Source of the DNA: Pyrodictium occultum
GTDB taxonomy: Archaea > Thermoproteota > Thermoprotei_A > Sulfolobales > Pyrodictiaceae
Assembly (NCBI RefSeq): GCF_001462395.1
Contig: NZ_LNTB01000001.1
Coordinates: forward strand, 150,001-182,000
Reading direction: 5' to 3'
DNA: 32,000 nt
The first letter of the stretch is position 1. Each line of letters starts with the position of its first letter. Below the pieces are notes generated by a model, which was not told where the DNA came from, ran no database searches, and saw only the letters and a program-made list of their open reading frames with translations. The position numbers and the translations under genes are program-made. This document shows positions 15,594-24,396 of the stretch, piece by piece.

Positions 15594-18268
15594 ACGTGGA
15601 GCCCCAGCCTCTTCCTGGACTCCTCGTACCCCAGCACTACCAGGTGGGCTAGCAGGTAGATCGCAGCCACATCCCCGAGGCCGAGGCCCGCGGCGTGGAA
15701 GAGCCCTGCCAGCGCGGTCACAGCCAGCGCGGCGAGCACGGCCCCGGCCAGGTAGCCTAGGAGCCACTGCTTGTTGGAGGCCAGCATGCCCAGCGATATG
15801 GGGGTGTTGAGCCTCCGGAGCGCGAGGCTCTGGGCGAGCTCGGCGTACATGAGGCCCAGGAAGGCGGCGGCCCTGCCATAGCCGGGGCCCCGTGGCGCGT
15901 AGAGATGGTAGAGCCCCAGCGTCAGCAGCGTCTCCACGGTGGCTAGCAGGGCCAGGTAGGTGAACTGGGGTTTCCCGAGTATCGGCTGCCCCCGGCGCCG
16001 GGGCGGCCGCTTCATAGCGTCTGGCTCGGCCCGCTCGAAGGCCAGGCCCGCGGCGGGGAACCCATCTGTCACCACGTTGAGCCAGAGCAGCATGGCGGCG
16101 TTGAATATCACGCCTATCCCCCTCACAGCAGCGTAGAAGACTGTGGCAACCTCCGCCAGGTTGGCTGAGAGCAGGTAGAGCACTGTACGCTTCACGTTGT
16201 CGAAGCTCCTCCTCCCCTCCTCCACAGCCGCAACTATGGTTGCGAAGTTGTCGTCGAGGAGTATAATGTCGGCCGCCTCCTTTGCCACCTCGGTACCCCT
16301 CTTCCCCATCGCGACCCCTATATCCGCGAGCTTCAGCGCGGGCGCGTCGTTCACACCGTCCCCGGTCACAGCCACTATGTGGCCCCTCTCCTTGTAGGCC
16401 TTCACTATCCTCGCCTTGTGCTCCGGCGTGACACGCGCGAAGATGGCCACCTCCTCTGCAATATCCCTCAGCTCCTCATCGCTCATTCTCTCCAGCTCCT
16501 GGCCAGTGACAACCCTGCCCCTGGGGAGCCCTATCATCTCAGCCACAGCCCTCGCCGTCGAGGGGTGGTCGCCGGTAACCATCACCACCCGGATCCCGGC
16601 CTCCAGGGCCCTCCGGACGGCCTCCGGCACCTCGGGCCTAGGCGGGTCTATGACTGCTACAAAGCCCAGCAGGGTGAGCCTCGACTCCACCTCGTCCTCG
16701 CCCGCCTCCAGGTCTTCCGCGCCGCCCCTCCGGTAGGCTAGCGCGAGCAGCCTGAACCCCCTTGCCGCCACCTCCTCTACGCGGCGGAGCAGCTCCCTCC
16801 TCTCCTCCACGCCCAGGGGCTTCACCGAGCCCCCGCGGGTCATGTAGCTCGACGACCTCTCGATTATAACCTCGGGCGCGCCCTTGGAGAGAACCAGTAT
16901 GCCCTCCTGCCCCTCTACCACCACTGTCATCCGCTTCCTCTCGCTGCTGAAGCCTATCTCGCGGAGCCTCCTATACCTTCTCCGGGCGTCGCCCGGGTCC
17001 AGGCCAAGCTTGTGCGCCAGCACGAGCAGCGCTGCCTCGAGAGGATCTCCGTGGACCCTCCCGTCCTCTATGGCCGCGTTGTTGTTGAGAGCTGCCACCA
17101 GCGCCGCCAGCCTTAGTAGGGGGCTGTCCTCCACTGTGACCCTCCTATCGCCCTCGTAGACGCCGCCCTCCAGGCTGTAGCCCTCCCCTGTCACCGTGTA
17201 GACTCCGCCGTCGGGGGTGTGTAGCTGCCTCACCGTCATCTCGTTCATAGTCAGCGTGCCCGTCTTATCCGTGGCCACCACGCTGGCGGACCCCAGCGCC
17301 TCCACCGCTGCGAGGCGCCTCACCAGAGCGTTCCTCCGCGCCATGTTCCAGGCTGCGATGGAGAACGCTATGACCACTATGGCGGGGAGCCCCTCGGGCA
17401 CGGCGGCAACGGCTAGGGCTATGCTGGTAAGGAGCAGGTTGACGAGGCTCGCCTCGCGGAGGAGGTAGCCCACAGTGAAGGCGGCCGCCGCTATGGCGGT
17501 GACCATCACTGCTATCCTCTTCGCTAGCCTGTCGAGCTCCAGCTGGAACGGGGTCCTCTCCTCCCCTGCCTCGGCCACCATCCGGGCTATGCGGCCCATG
17601 TAGGTGTTCCGCCCGGTGGCCGTGACTACGGCCCTCCCGGCCCCCCTCACGATGAAGGTGCCGGCGTAGAGCATGTTGACGCGCTCGGGCTCTATTGTGT
17701 CACCCGGCAGGGTCACGTCAGCCCTCTTGGCGACCGGTACGCTCTCCCCGGTGAGCATTGACTCGTCCACGTAGAGGCTCTTAGCCTCCAGCAGCCTGGC
17801 GTCGGCGGGCACCCTGTCACCCTCCATCACAACTATTATGTCGCCGGGCACCACCTCTGATGCGTCCACAGCCACAACTCTCCCGTCGCGGAGCACCCTA
17901 GCCCGGGGCGAGGCCAGCCTACGCAGCGCCTCGAGGATCCTCTCCGCCCGGTACTCCTGCACCGCGCCCATCACTGCCATGAACACTACTATGGCTAGTA
18001 TGAGCAGCGCGTCGACGGTCTCGCCAACGTAGAAGCTGAACGCGGTGGCTACAAGCAACATGACCACGAACATGTTCTTAAACTGCTCCAGGAATGTCTC
18101 GAGAAACCCCCTCTTCTTGCCGGCTTCGATCACGTTGGGGCCGCAGCGCTCCAGCCTCTCCCGAGCCTCCTCGCTGCTTAGGCCCCGGGAGGGGTCCACG
18201 CCGAGCCTCCTGGCAGCCTCCTCTGGTGGCAGCGTGTGGGGGTTCTCGAGGATGCACGGCGCCTCCAT
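15590..18268 (-). CDS. cation-transporting P-type ATPase (type II, Ca2+/cation E1-E2 class)
   Basis: 892 aa with TGES, PEGLPA, DKTGTLT, KGAPE, DPPR, TGDH and GDGVNDAPAL motifs, plus N-terminal cation-ATPase-N and 10 TM segments. Confidence 0.95.
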   Translation of the reverse strand: MEAPCILENPHTLPPEEAARRLGVDPSRGLSSEEARERLERCGPNVIEAGKKRGFLETFLEQFKNMFVVMLLVATAFSFYVGETVDALLILAIVVFMAVMGAVQEYRAERILEALRRLASPRARVLRDGRVVAVDASEVVPGDIIVVMEGDRVPADARLLEAKSLYVDESMLTGESVPVAKRADVTLPGDTIEPERVNMLYAGTFIVRGAGRAVVTATGRNTYMGRIARMVAEAGEERTPFQLELDRLAKRIAVMVTAIAAAAFTVGYLLREASLVNLLLTSIALAVAAVPEGLPAIVVIAFSIAAWNMARRNALVRRLAAVEALGSASVVATDKTGTLTMNEMTVRQLHTPDGGVYTVTGEGYSLEGGVYEGDRRVTVEDSPLLRLAALVAALNNNAAIEDGRVHGDPLEAALLVLAHKLGLDPGDARRRYRRLREIGFSSERKRMTVVVEGQEGILVLSKGAPEVIIERSSSYMTRGGSVKPLGVEERRELLRRVEEVAARGFRLLALAYRRGGAEDLEAGEDEVESRLTLLGFVAVIDPPRPEVPEAVRRALEAGIRVVMVTGDHPSTARAVAEMIGLPRGRVVTGQELERMSDEELRDIAEEVAIFARVTPEHKARIVKAYKERGHIVAVTGDGVNDAPALKLADIGVAMGKRGTEVAKEAADIILLDDNFATIVAAVEEGRRSFDNVKRTVLYLLSANLAEVATVFYAAVRGIGVIFNAAMLLWLNVVTDGFPAAGLAFERAEPDAMKRPPRRRGQPILGKPQFTYLALLATVETLLTLGLYHLYAPRGPGYGRAAAFLGLMYAELAQSLALRRLNTPISLGMLASNKQWLLGYLAGAVLAALAVTALAGLFHAAGLGLGDVAAIYLLAHLVVLGYEESRKRLGLHV

Positions 18269-18501
18269 GAAGCCTCCCTGCTCCCCTTCCTAGGGCCTGG
18301 GCTCTCGGGGCTCTGCCGGGATAAATCAACGCAGCCCCTCGGGGCCTGTAGGGGTGCAGGCCGGGCAGGTGCTAGGGCAAGGCTAAAGAGGGAGCCTCTC
18401 TCGACCCGCGTCGTCACTGAGCGTCCACCGGTTCTGCAGCTCCAGGGGGCGCCTCCGGGGCCCTGCATGGCTCCTCGCCTTCCCGCGGCCATAGGGGAGG
18501 G

Positions 18502-19590
18502 GTGGTGGGGATGGCGAGGAGGATTGCTGTCAGGAAGATACTGACTGCTACCGCCGCGCTGCGCTCAGCCTATACCGTGTCCCTGGCCTCGCTGCTGCTC
18601 TCGGCCGCAGGGCTGGCCCTCTACACTTGGAGGCCCTCCGGCGTAGTGCTTATGGAGTCCTTTGTATGGCTCGTGGAGGCTATGAGCTTCGGCGGGCTCG
18701 CCCTGGCCTTCAAGGTCGCGGCTTCAAGGACTATCGTCTACCGTGCCCGCTACGAGATACTCCGGATAGAGTCGCTGGCCGTCCTCCTGGCAGCCCTGGC
18801 GTCCCTAGCGGTCTCGCTCGCGGCAGCCACCCGCAACTTATTCCACGATAGCTCGGGGCCCACGCCGCTGCTCCTGGCGGCCTACCCGCTGGCGAGCGGC
18901 GCTGCCAGCTACCTCCTCGAGAGGCTCTCGCTGCGCAGCCTAGACCGCGCCGGCATAGACATGGTGGCCGTGAGGATGATAGCCAAGAAGCTCGGTCTCG
19001 ACACCGTGTTCGAGGTCTCCGGCGGCCTGGCGGTGGTCGCCTCGAACATGATTGGCACAGTCCTGCCCGAGAAGGCCGCTGTGGCCGCTATGAGCGTCTA
19101 CGTCGCCTACAGCCTCCTGGGCGCCGCCAGGGAGGCAGCAATGCACCTGGTGGGCGTGGTGCCTAGGAGCGAGTACCTCTCCACATTCTCGAAGGTTGAG
19201 GCGGTGCTCCGCCGCTACTCGAGGCACCAGCGTATAAGGAGGCTCCGCGTCGAGAGCTACGGCACCTTCCGCGAGGTGGAGCTCTGGCTGGAAGCGCCCC
19301 CAGACATGACGCTCGGCGAGGCCCACCGGGAGGCTATGAGAATAGCCAGGCTCCTTGTCCACGAGATACCGGAGATCCTCAGGGCCCTGGTGGTCCTGGT
19401 CCCCGAGAGGGGCAGGGAGGCCCCTAGGAGCCCTCGCCGCGGCTCCGGGAGAGCAGCCGCGCGACCCGCGACAGGTAGCGGGCGGTCTTCACGGCCTCCG
19501 GAGGCACCTCTACAACGCGGCCGCCCTCCACGACGAAGTGGCGCCTCCGGGCCCGGGGGCGTAGGAGCCGGAACACCTCCTCCACCATGA
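18502..19590 (+). CDS. cation diffusion facilitator (CDF) family transporter
   Basis: Six TM segments, followed by the cytoplasmic domain RIRRLRVESYGTFREVELWLEAPPDMTLGEAHREAMRIARLLVHEIPEILRALVVLVPE. The likely start is ATG 18511, preceded by GGAGGGGTGG. The last 60 or so codons are an Arg/Pro-rich tail overlapping a convergent gene (see findings). Confidence 0.72.
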   Translation: MVGMARRIAVRKILTATAALRSAYTVSLASLLLSAAGLALYTWRPSGVVLMESFVWLVEAMSFGGLALAFKVAASRTIVYRARYEILRIESLAVLLAALASLAVSLAAATRNLFHDSSGPTPLLLAAYPLASGAASYLLERLSLRSLDRAGIDMVAVRMIAKKLGLDTVFEVSGGLAVVASNMIGTVLPEKAAVAAMSVYVAYSLLGAAREAAMHLVGVVPRSEYLSTFSKVEAVLRRYSRHQRIRRLRVESYGTFREVELWLEAPPDMTLGEAHREAMRIARLLVHEIPEILRALVVLVPERGREAPRSPRRGSGRAAARPATGSGRSSRPPEAPLQRGRPPRRSGASGPGGVGAGTPPPP

Positions 19591-19846
19591 AGTGGAGCTG
19601 GATGCAGTGCATGCTCCCATCTGTGGTCAGCACAGCCACCTCCTCGAACTCGAGGCGGCCGAGTATGCCGGCCAGCTTGAAGCCCGCCATGTTCACGTGG
19701 TCGTCCTCGAGGCAGACGCTCAGCCTCACGTACTCCTCCTCGGGGAACCTCTCGAGGGCCCAGGGCTTCTCGGCCTCGATGCACCTCCCGACTATGAGCA
19801 GCTTCCTCCTCCCCCGGATATAGCGGGAGGCCACGTTCACGTCCAT
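19424..19846 (-). CDS. uncharacterised 140-aa protein with three Cys, last gene of the ThiS-like/TtuA operon
   Basis: ATG at 19846 (MDVNVASRYIRGRRKLLIVGRCIEAEKPW...SVCLEDDHVN...TTDGSMHCIQLHF...) lies 31 nt after the ttuA stop on the same strand. The composition is protein-like. I recognise no family. Confidence 0.55.
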   Translation of the reverse strand: MDVNVASRYIRGRRKLLIVGRCIEAEKPWALERFPEEEYVRLSVCLEDDHVNMAGFKLAGILGRLEFEEVAVLTTDGSMHCIQLHFMVEEVFRLLRPRARRRHFVVEGGRVVEVPPEAVKTARYLSRVARLLSRSRGEGS

Positions 19847-19877
19847 GAGGCGGGGGAGGCGGTAGAAGCAGCCCCCG

Positions 19878-20948
19878 CTACCGGCCACCGCTCCCGCCAC
19901 CCCCGTCTCCCCGTCCGCCGGGCCTCCTCTTCTCCGCAAGCCGCAGCGACTCCTCGACCATCCTGCGGGCCTCGGGCGGCAGGCTCTCCAGCTTCTCCCT
20001 GCTAACCTCCATTATGCCGAGCTGCAGCCTCAGCTGGCACGCCCTGCACACCGGGTGGGCTGAAGGCTCGCCGCAGAGGGCGCAGGTGTAGAGCCTCTCC
20101 GCCTCCCCGGCTCCCTGGCTGCGGAGTAGCTTTATCGCCGTCTCCAGGCTCCTCAGCAGCGAGTACTTGACCCCCGGGCTCCTCTCCTCCAGCTCGTTTA
20201 TCATCCTCCTCACGCTCCAGCGTATGCTGAGCCTGGCGTAGGGGCACTCCTCGAACCCCGTGTAGAGCCCGTTGATCACAGCGTAGAGCGCTGTCTCCTT
20301 CTCGAGAACCTCGTAGAAGGGCTTGACCTTGCGGACGAACTTAGGGTGGCTGGCCGGCCCTGAGACCGGGCCGAGCCTAACCACCTTCTCCCAGTCGTTC
20401 CCGATAATGTTCATCAAGTAGGTCTGCACCACGTCGTCCAGGTTATGGGCCGTGGCCACCACCGTGCCCCCAAGCTCCCGGGCAGCCTTGTTCATTATGT
20501 AGCGGCGGAAGACGCCGCAGTAAGTGCATGGCAGGTAGGGGAGCCCCCTCTCCCTCCCCCTCCTCACTATCTCGTCGAGCGTGTATCCTATGTAGTCCTT
20601 GAACCTGGCTATATGGTAGTCGACCCCGTGCTCCTCGGCGTACTCGACGAGCCTCTTCACAGTGTACTCACGGTAGCCCCTTATACCCTCGTCCACGAGG
20701 AGCGCCGTAACCCTCCAGCCCGGCACCCTCCTGGCGAGCCCCCGGAGGTAGTGGAGGAGTGCCATCGAGTCCTTGCCGCCCGAGACCGCTACAACTATGT
20801 GCTCCCTGGGGCGGAAGAGCCTATACCTCCTTATCGTTCTCCGCACCTTCCTGTCAAAGTACTCTAGGAAGTGGCGCTCGCAGAAGGCCACGCCCGCCGC
20901 ACGGTTAACGTAGACCGCGCGCCTGCCGCAGACGCTGCACCTAGCCAC
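19878..20948 (-). CDS. ttuA: TtuA/NcsA-type tRNA 2-thiouridine synthetase (PP-loop ATPase with Zn fingers and Fe-S Cys triad)
   Basis: N-terminal CSVCG...FCERH, PP-loop VAVSGGKDSMALL, PCTYCGVFRR plus ECPY Cys residues, and the C-terminal CALCG...CRAC finger. The GTG start overlaps the stop of the ThiS-like gene (GTGGCTAG). Confidence 0.88.
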   Translation of the reverse strand: MARCSVCGRRAVYVNRAAGVAFCERHFLEYFDRKVRRTIRRYRLFRPREHIVVAVSGGKDSMALLHYLRGLARRVPGWRVTALLVDEGIRGYREYTVKRLVEYAEEHGVDYHIARFKDYIGYTLDEIVRRGRERGLPYLPCTYCGVFRRYIMNKAARELGGTVVATAHNLDDVVQTYLMNIIGNDWEKVVRLGPVSGPASHPKFVRKVKPFYEVLEKETALYAVINGLYTGFEECPYARLSIRWSVRRMINELEERSPGVKYSLLRSLETAIKLLRSQGAGEAERLYTCALCGEPSAHPVCRACQLRLQLGIMEVSREKLESLPPEARRMVEESLRLAEKRRPGGRGDGGGGSGGR

Positions 20949-21138
20949 CAGACACCACCGGGTACAGGATCAACTCGTCCCCGTCCTCCACGTGCTCGTC
21001 CTCAGTCACAACCCTCCCCCTGCGGGCCACCACGTACTCGTTGCTAAGTAGCCCCAGCTCTCTCAAGACATCCCCCACGGTCATGCCCCTACGATGCTCC
21101 ACCAGCCTCTCCCCCTGGCCGAGTATCCGCACCCTCAC
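20941..21138 (-). CDS. ThiS/MoaD-fold ubiquitin-like sulfur carrier (TtuB/SAMP-like) ending in Gly-Gly
   Basis: With GTG 21138 (or 21144), the 65-aa product is VRVRILGQGERLVEHRRGMTVGDVLRELGLLSNEYVVARRGRVVTEDEHVEDGDELILYPVVSGG. The C-terminal GG and beta-grasp pattern are present. The upstream 150 codons of the track ORF are rejected. Confidence 0.75.
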   Translation of the reverse strand: MRVRILGQGERLVEHRRGMTVGDVLRELGLLSNEYVVARRGRVVTEDEHVEDGDELILYPVVSGG

Positions 21139-21415
21139 CGCCACAGCCCCTAGCCCCCCGGGCTGCCCCAGGGGCCGGAGGGGCGCTAATGATGCTGCCC
21201 CGGCCCGGCCTGTAGGAGTCAAAAACACCCGGCGGGCCATCCTCGGGCGCGGCGGCAGTGAGGACCGCCTGAGCCTCCTGACCGCCCGCGGGGCTGATGA
21301 TCCCTTGCACTCCCCGAGCCCCTCTGGCCCCAGCTGCTTTTCTACCCCCAGGCCCTGGCCGTAGGTTAGAGCCACTCTGAGGCCGAGGAGCCCGGGGACC
21401 CGAAAGGCTGTCAAG

Positions 21416-22555
21416 GTGTCTTCCGTGGAGGAGGTAGTGCTCCACATCCCCCAGGAGCCAGTGGCGGGCGTGGTAGGCGTCCTCGTCTCGATACTCCTGG
21501 CAGTGCTAGCCCTGCCCATGGTCTCCAAGAGGGTTGAGGAGAACCTGGAGCCATTCTTCCTGGTAATGGGTATAATAGCCGTGGCAGCCATCTACGCTGC
21601 AGGCATACTCCCGGCGAGCGGGCTCGCGGATCTGGCTAAGAAGGCGCTCCTAACCCCGGTGATGCTCCACGGGGTGCCCATAGGGATAACCCAGGTCGTG
21701 CTCATCGCCGGCCTCATCTTCTGGCGGTACCACGACCCCATATACCGTGGGATAGGCGGGCTGCTGCAGAGGCTGGGGCTCCGCGGATTCCTCTTCGTTA
21801 TGATAACGCTGCTCGGCCTAACCAGTGGCATAATATCGGTGATAGTGGCTGCCGTCGTGTTCGCAGAGATAATGGCCGCGGTACCCCTCCCCCGGGAGAG
21901 GAAGGTGGAGGCCACAGTGCTGGCAGCCTTCGCCCTGGGCATGGGGGCCGCGCTGACCCCGGTGGGCGAGCCCCTGGCCACCATAGCCGTGAGCAAGCTC
22001 TCCGGCCCGCCATACCATGCGGGCTTCGACTTCCTCCTCCGCCTCCTGGGCCCCTACATAGTCCCCGCGGTGGTCGCGGTGGCGGCCTACACGGCGCTCC
22101 GGGTCTCCAGGGGCGCCGGGGAGGAGGCCAGGGAGAGCATGGTGGGCGGCGTGGTGTACGGGGAGACCCTCTACACGGTGATAATACGCGCGGTCCGCGT
22201 CTACATCTTCGTGGCCGCGCTGGAGCTGCTGGGCACCAGCTTCACACCCCTCGTCAAGTGGTACTTCACCAGGATACCCCCCTACATCCTCTACTGGGTC
22301 AACATGATCTCAGCGGTGGTGGACAACGCAACCCTCACTGCCGCGGAGATAGGGCCCTTCCTAACCCTGAGCCAGATCAAGGCAGCGCTCCTAGGCCTAA
22401 TAGTCTCCGGCGGCATGCTGATACCAGGAAACATACCCAACATAGTCGCCGCAGGCAGGCTTGGGATAACCTCCAAGGAGTGGGCCCGGATAGGAATACC
22501 CTTCGGCATAGCGCTGCTAGCCATCTTCTTCCTGCTCCTCTACACCCCCCTCTAG
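21416..22555 (+). CDS. polytopic permease, predicted cation transporter (DUF1646 / ArsB-NhaD superfamily-like)
   Basis: 379 aa with about 10-11 TM segments. The C-terminal GGMLIPGNIPNIVAAGRLGITSKEW motif resembles that family. The assignment is from memory. Confidence 0.7.
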   Translation: MSSVEEVVLHIPQEPVAGVVGVLVSILLAVLALPMVSKRVEENLEPFFLVMGIIAVAAIYAAGILPASGLADLAKKALLTPVMLHGVPIGITQVVLIAGLIFWRYHDPIYRGIGGLLQRLGLRGFLFVMITLLGLTSGIISVIVAAVVFAEIMAAVPLPRERKVEATVLAAFALGMGAALTPVGEPLATIAVSKLSGPPYHAGFDFLLRLLGPYIVPAVVAVAAYTALRVSRGAGEEARESMVGGVVYGETLYTVIIRAVRVYIFVAALELLGTSFTPLVKWYFTRIPPYILYWVNMISAVVDNATLTAAEIGPFLTLSQIKAALLGLIVSGGMLIPGNIPNIVAAGRLGITSKEWARIGIPFGIALLAIFFLLLYTPL

Positions 22556-22817
22556 CCCCGCCCACAGAGGGTGCAGCCAGGATTAACAGAGGAGCCACAG
22601 CCCCCGGGGAGACCCCAGCCTCTCCACCAGGCGGAAGCAGCACCGGCAAACCGCCCCAGCCATAGCGGCAAGCATCCCGCCCAGGCCCCGGGGGCCGGCC
22701 AGGAGCCGGGGCACTGTGGGTTTCGTGCGCTGGAGGGCCCGGCTGTGTCCTCTCCCGTGGCTCTGGGGAAGTGCTTCTAATCCTCCAGGCCCCGGGGGCT
22801 TCTGCGTCTCGGGTGGC

Positions 22818-23843
22818 GTGGCCGTGGCCCTGGTTGTGGAGGCTGAGGTTCTGGGCGGCTACCCCCGGAGCGAGAGGCTCCGTAAGACCCTGCGCAGGCT
22901 GGAGGAGAGGGCCGAGGAGGGCTTCATGGATGCTCTCCGCGTGGCCTGGGAGGACACAGTCATGATACTTGGGGCTCAGCTGGGCGCCGGGCTCCGGACG
23001 GTCGTTGACCCGGTGGTGGACTGGCACGACCCTCTCCGCCCCTTCGCCGAGGCGTGGAGGGGTGTGGCGGTTGATGGCCTCCTGCGCTGGTTCGACAACA
23101 ACTTCTTCTACAGGATCCCGGTCTTCACGGACATGCCTGACCCTAAGAGGCTCGTGTTGGCCCCCAGGGTGATCCAGATCCGCAGGGTCCTCCCCGGCTT
23201 CGCGGGGCTCAAGGTGGTCCTCCCCGGCCCCGTGACCTTCGCCAGGCTCTCCAGGAACAATACTGGTAGGAGCCTGGAGGAGCTAGCAGAGGCTATAGCG
23301 GAGATACTGGCGAGGGAGGCGTCCAAGGCGGCCGAGGCAGGCGCCGCGGTGGTGCAGGTGGACGAGCCCTTCCTCGCGGACCTGGACGCTGGCCCGGACG
23401 ACGCAGCCCTGGCGGCCGAGCTGGACTCCAGGATACTCTCGGAGGCCTCCTCCAAGGGCGCCGCCACGAGGCTGGCTATACCCTACAACGTGCCGGAGCC
23501 CCAGGTGTACGAGAAACTCCTAGACGTGAGGGCAGACTACATAGTGCTGGATATGGCAGACAACCCCTCCAAGGCCCTGGGGCTCCTAGAGGCAAAGGGC
23601 ATCGGGGGCCACGGCCTCGGGGCTGGAGTGGTGCAGGCCCGCGACATATACCCGGACAGCTACGAGAAGGCTAGGGATGTGCTCGACCGGGCCGTGAAGG
23701 CTGCCGGGGCGGAGAAGCTGCTCATAACAACCAGCGCCTGGCTCGACCTGATACCCCTGGAGTACGCCCTCGAGAAGACGAGGATACTGGCCGGGATAGC
23801 CGAGCGCTACCGCGGGGAGGGTGGCAGGGGCGGGTCCTCCTAG
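22818..23843 (+). CDS. cobalamin-independent methionine synthase N-terminal-type (Meth_synt_1-like) protein
   Basis: LGGYPRSERLRKTL near the N-terminus and LLRWFDNNFFYRIPVF (compare the WFDTNYHY-VPE signature). After the proposed GTG start (22818, 22824 or 22836) the protein contains no Cys and therefore lacks the Zn ligands of the catalytic domain. Confidence 0.7.
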   Translation: MAVALVVEAEVLGGYPRSERLRKTLRRLEERAEEGFMDALRVAWEDTVMILGAQLGAGLRTVVDPVVDWHDPLRPFAEAWRGVAVDGLLRWFDNNFFYRIPVFTDMPDPKRLVLAPRVIQIRRVLPGFAGLKVVLPGPVTFARLSRNNTGRSLEELAEAIAEILAREASKAAEAGAAVVQVDEPFLADLDAGPDDAALAAELDSRILSEASSKGAATRLAIPYNVPEPQVYEKLLDVRADYIVLDMADNPSKALGLLEAKGIGGHGLGAGVVQARDIYPDSYEKARDVLDRAVKAAGAEKLLITTSAWLDLIPLEYALEKTRILAGIAERYRGEGGRGGSS

Positions 23844-23890
23844 AGCCCCGGGGCCGGCCCCGCCTCCCTTGAAAAGAGGAGATGGTGGAG

Positions 23891-24274
23891 CTAGCAGAGC
23901 CTGGGCCTCTCCCCCCGGGCGGCGACGCCCCTCGGCTCTATAGCTATGTAGGCCATGCCGTTCTCCCGGTGTATCATCCTAGCGTGGAAGACCAGCCTGG
24001 GCCCCGAGGACGTGGGTAGGATGAAGCCCAGGCCCCTCCTGCACTCGTAGACCTGGGCACCTAGCTTGTAGAGGTAGGCCTCGAGGTCCCAGTAGACGAG
24101 GCTGCCCGGGACACGGATGACGAGGACCTCGTACTCCGAGCGGAGTACGAGGTCACCCCCGTTTATGTACGCGTAGGCCTCTAGGTCGTCGAAGCTTGTG
24201 CGTAGGGCCTCGAGCAGGGTTGAGGGGCTCCAGCTCTTGGGCTTGGAGCCTCCATTCAGCTCCTTAGCCACCAA
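23891..24274 (-). CDS. hypothetical protein (about 127 aa)
   Basis: Protein-like composition (…EAYAYINGGDLVLRSEYEVLVIRVPGSLVYWDLEAYLYKLGAQVYECRRG…). TTG 24274 or GTG 24271 is preceded by GGTGGAGGGATC, which is complementary to the archaeal 16S 3' end. The track start at 24337 is less likely. Confidence 0.5.
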   Translation of the reverse strand: MVAKELNGGSKPKSWSPSTLLEALRTSFDDLEAYAYINGGDLVLRSEYEVLVIRVPGSLVYWDLEAYLYKLGAQVYECRRGLGFILPTSSGPRLVFHARMIHRENGMAYIAIEPRGVAARGERPRLC

Positions 24275-24396
24275 GATCCCTCCACCAGGGTGCTTCGGGA
24301 GGGGCCCGGGGAGGCGCCCCGGGGCGGGCTGCCCCACTCTGCTCCCCCTATATCAGATCTCCCCTCCGGAGGGGCGGATGGGCCAGGGGGCTCGTG

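Noticed and set aside
14934-15767. 277-aa minus-strand ORF spanning the AIM24 5' end, the RecA-fold ORF and the P-type ATPase 3' end
   Set aside because: It is Arg/Pro/Gly-rich with no recognisable domain, and it overlaps three better-supported genes.
21145-21591. Upstream roughly 150 codons of track ORF 20941-21591
   Set aside because: Only the last 65-67 codons have ThiS/MoaD character. The upstream part is low-complexity and overlaps the divergent permease gene.
22377-23027. 216-aa minus-strand ORF
   Set aside because: It is Pro/Gly/Arg-rich and antisense to the permease 3' end and the MetE-like 5' end. It has no motifs.
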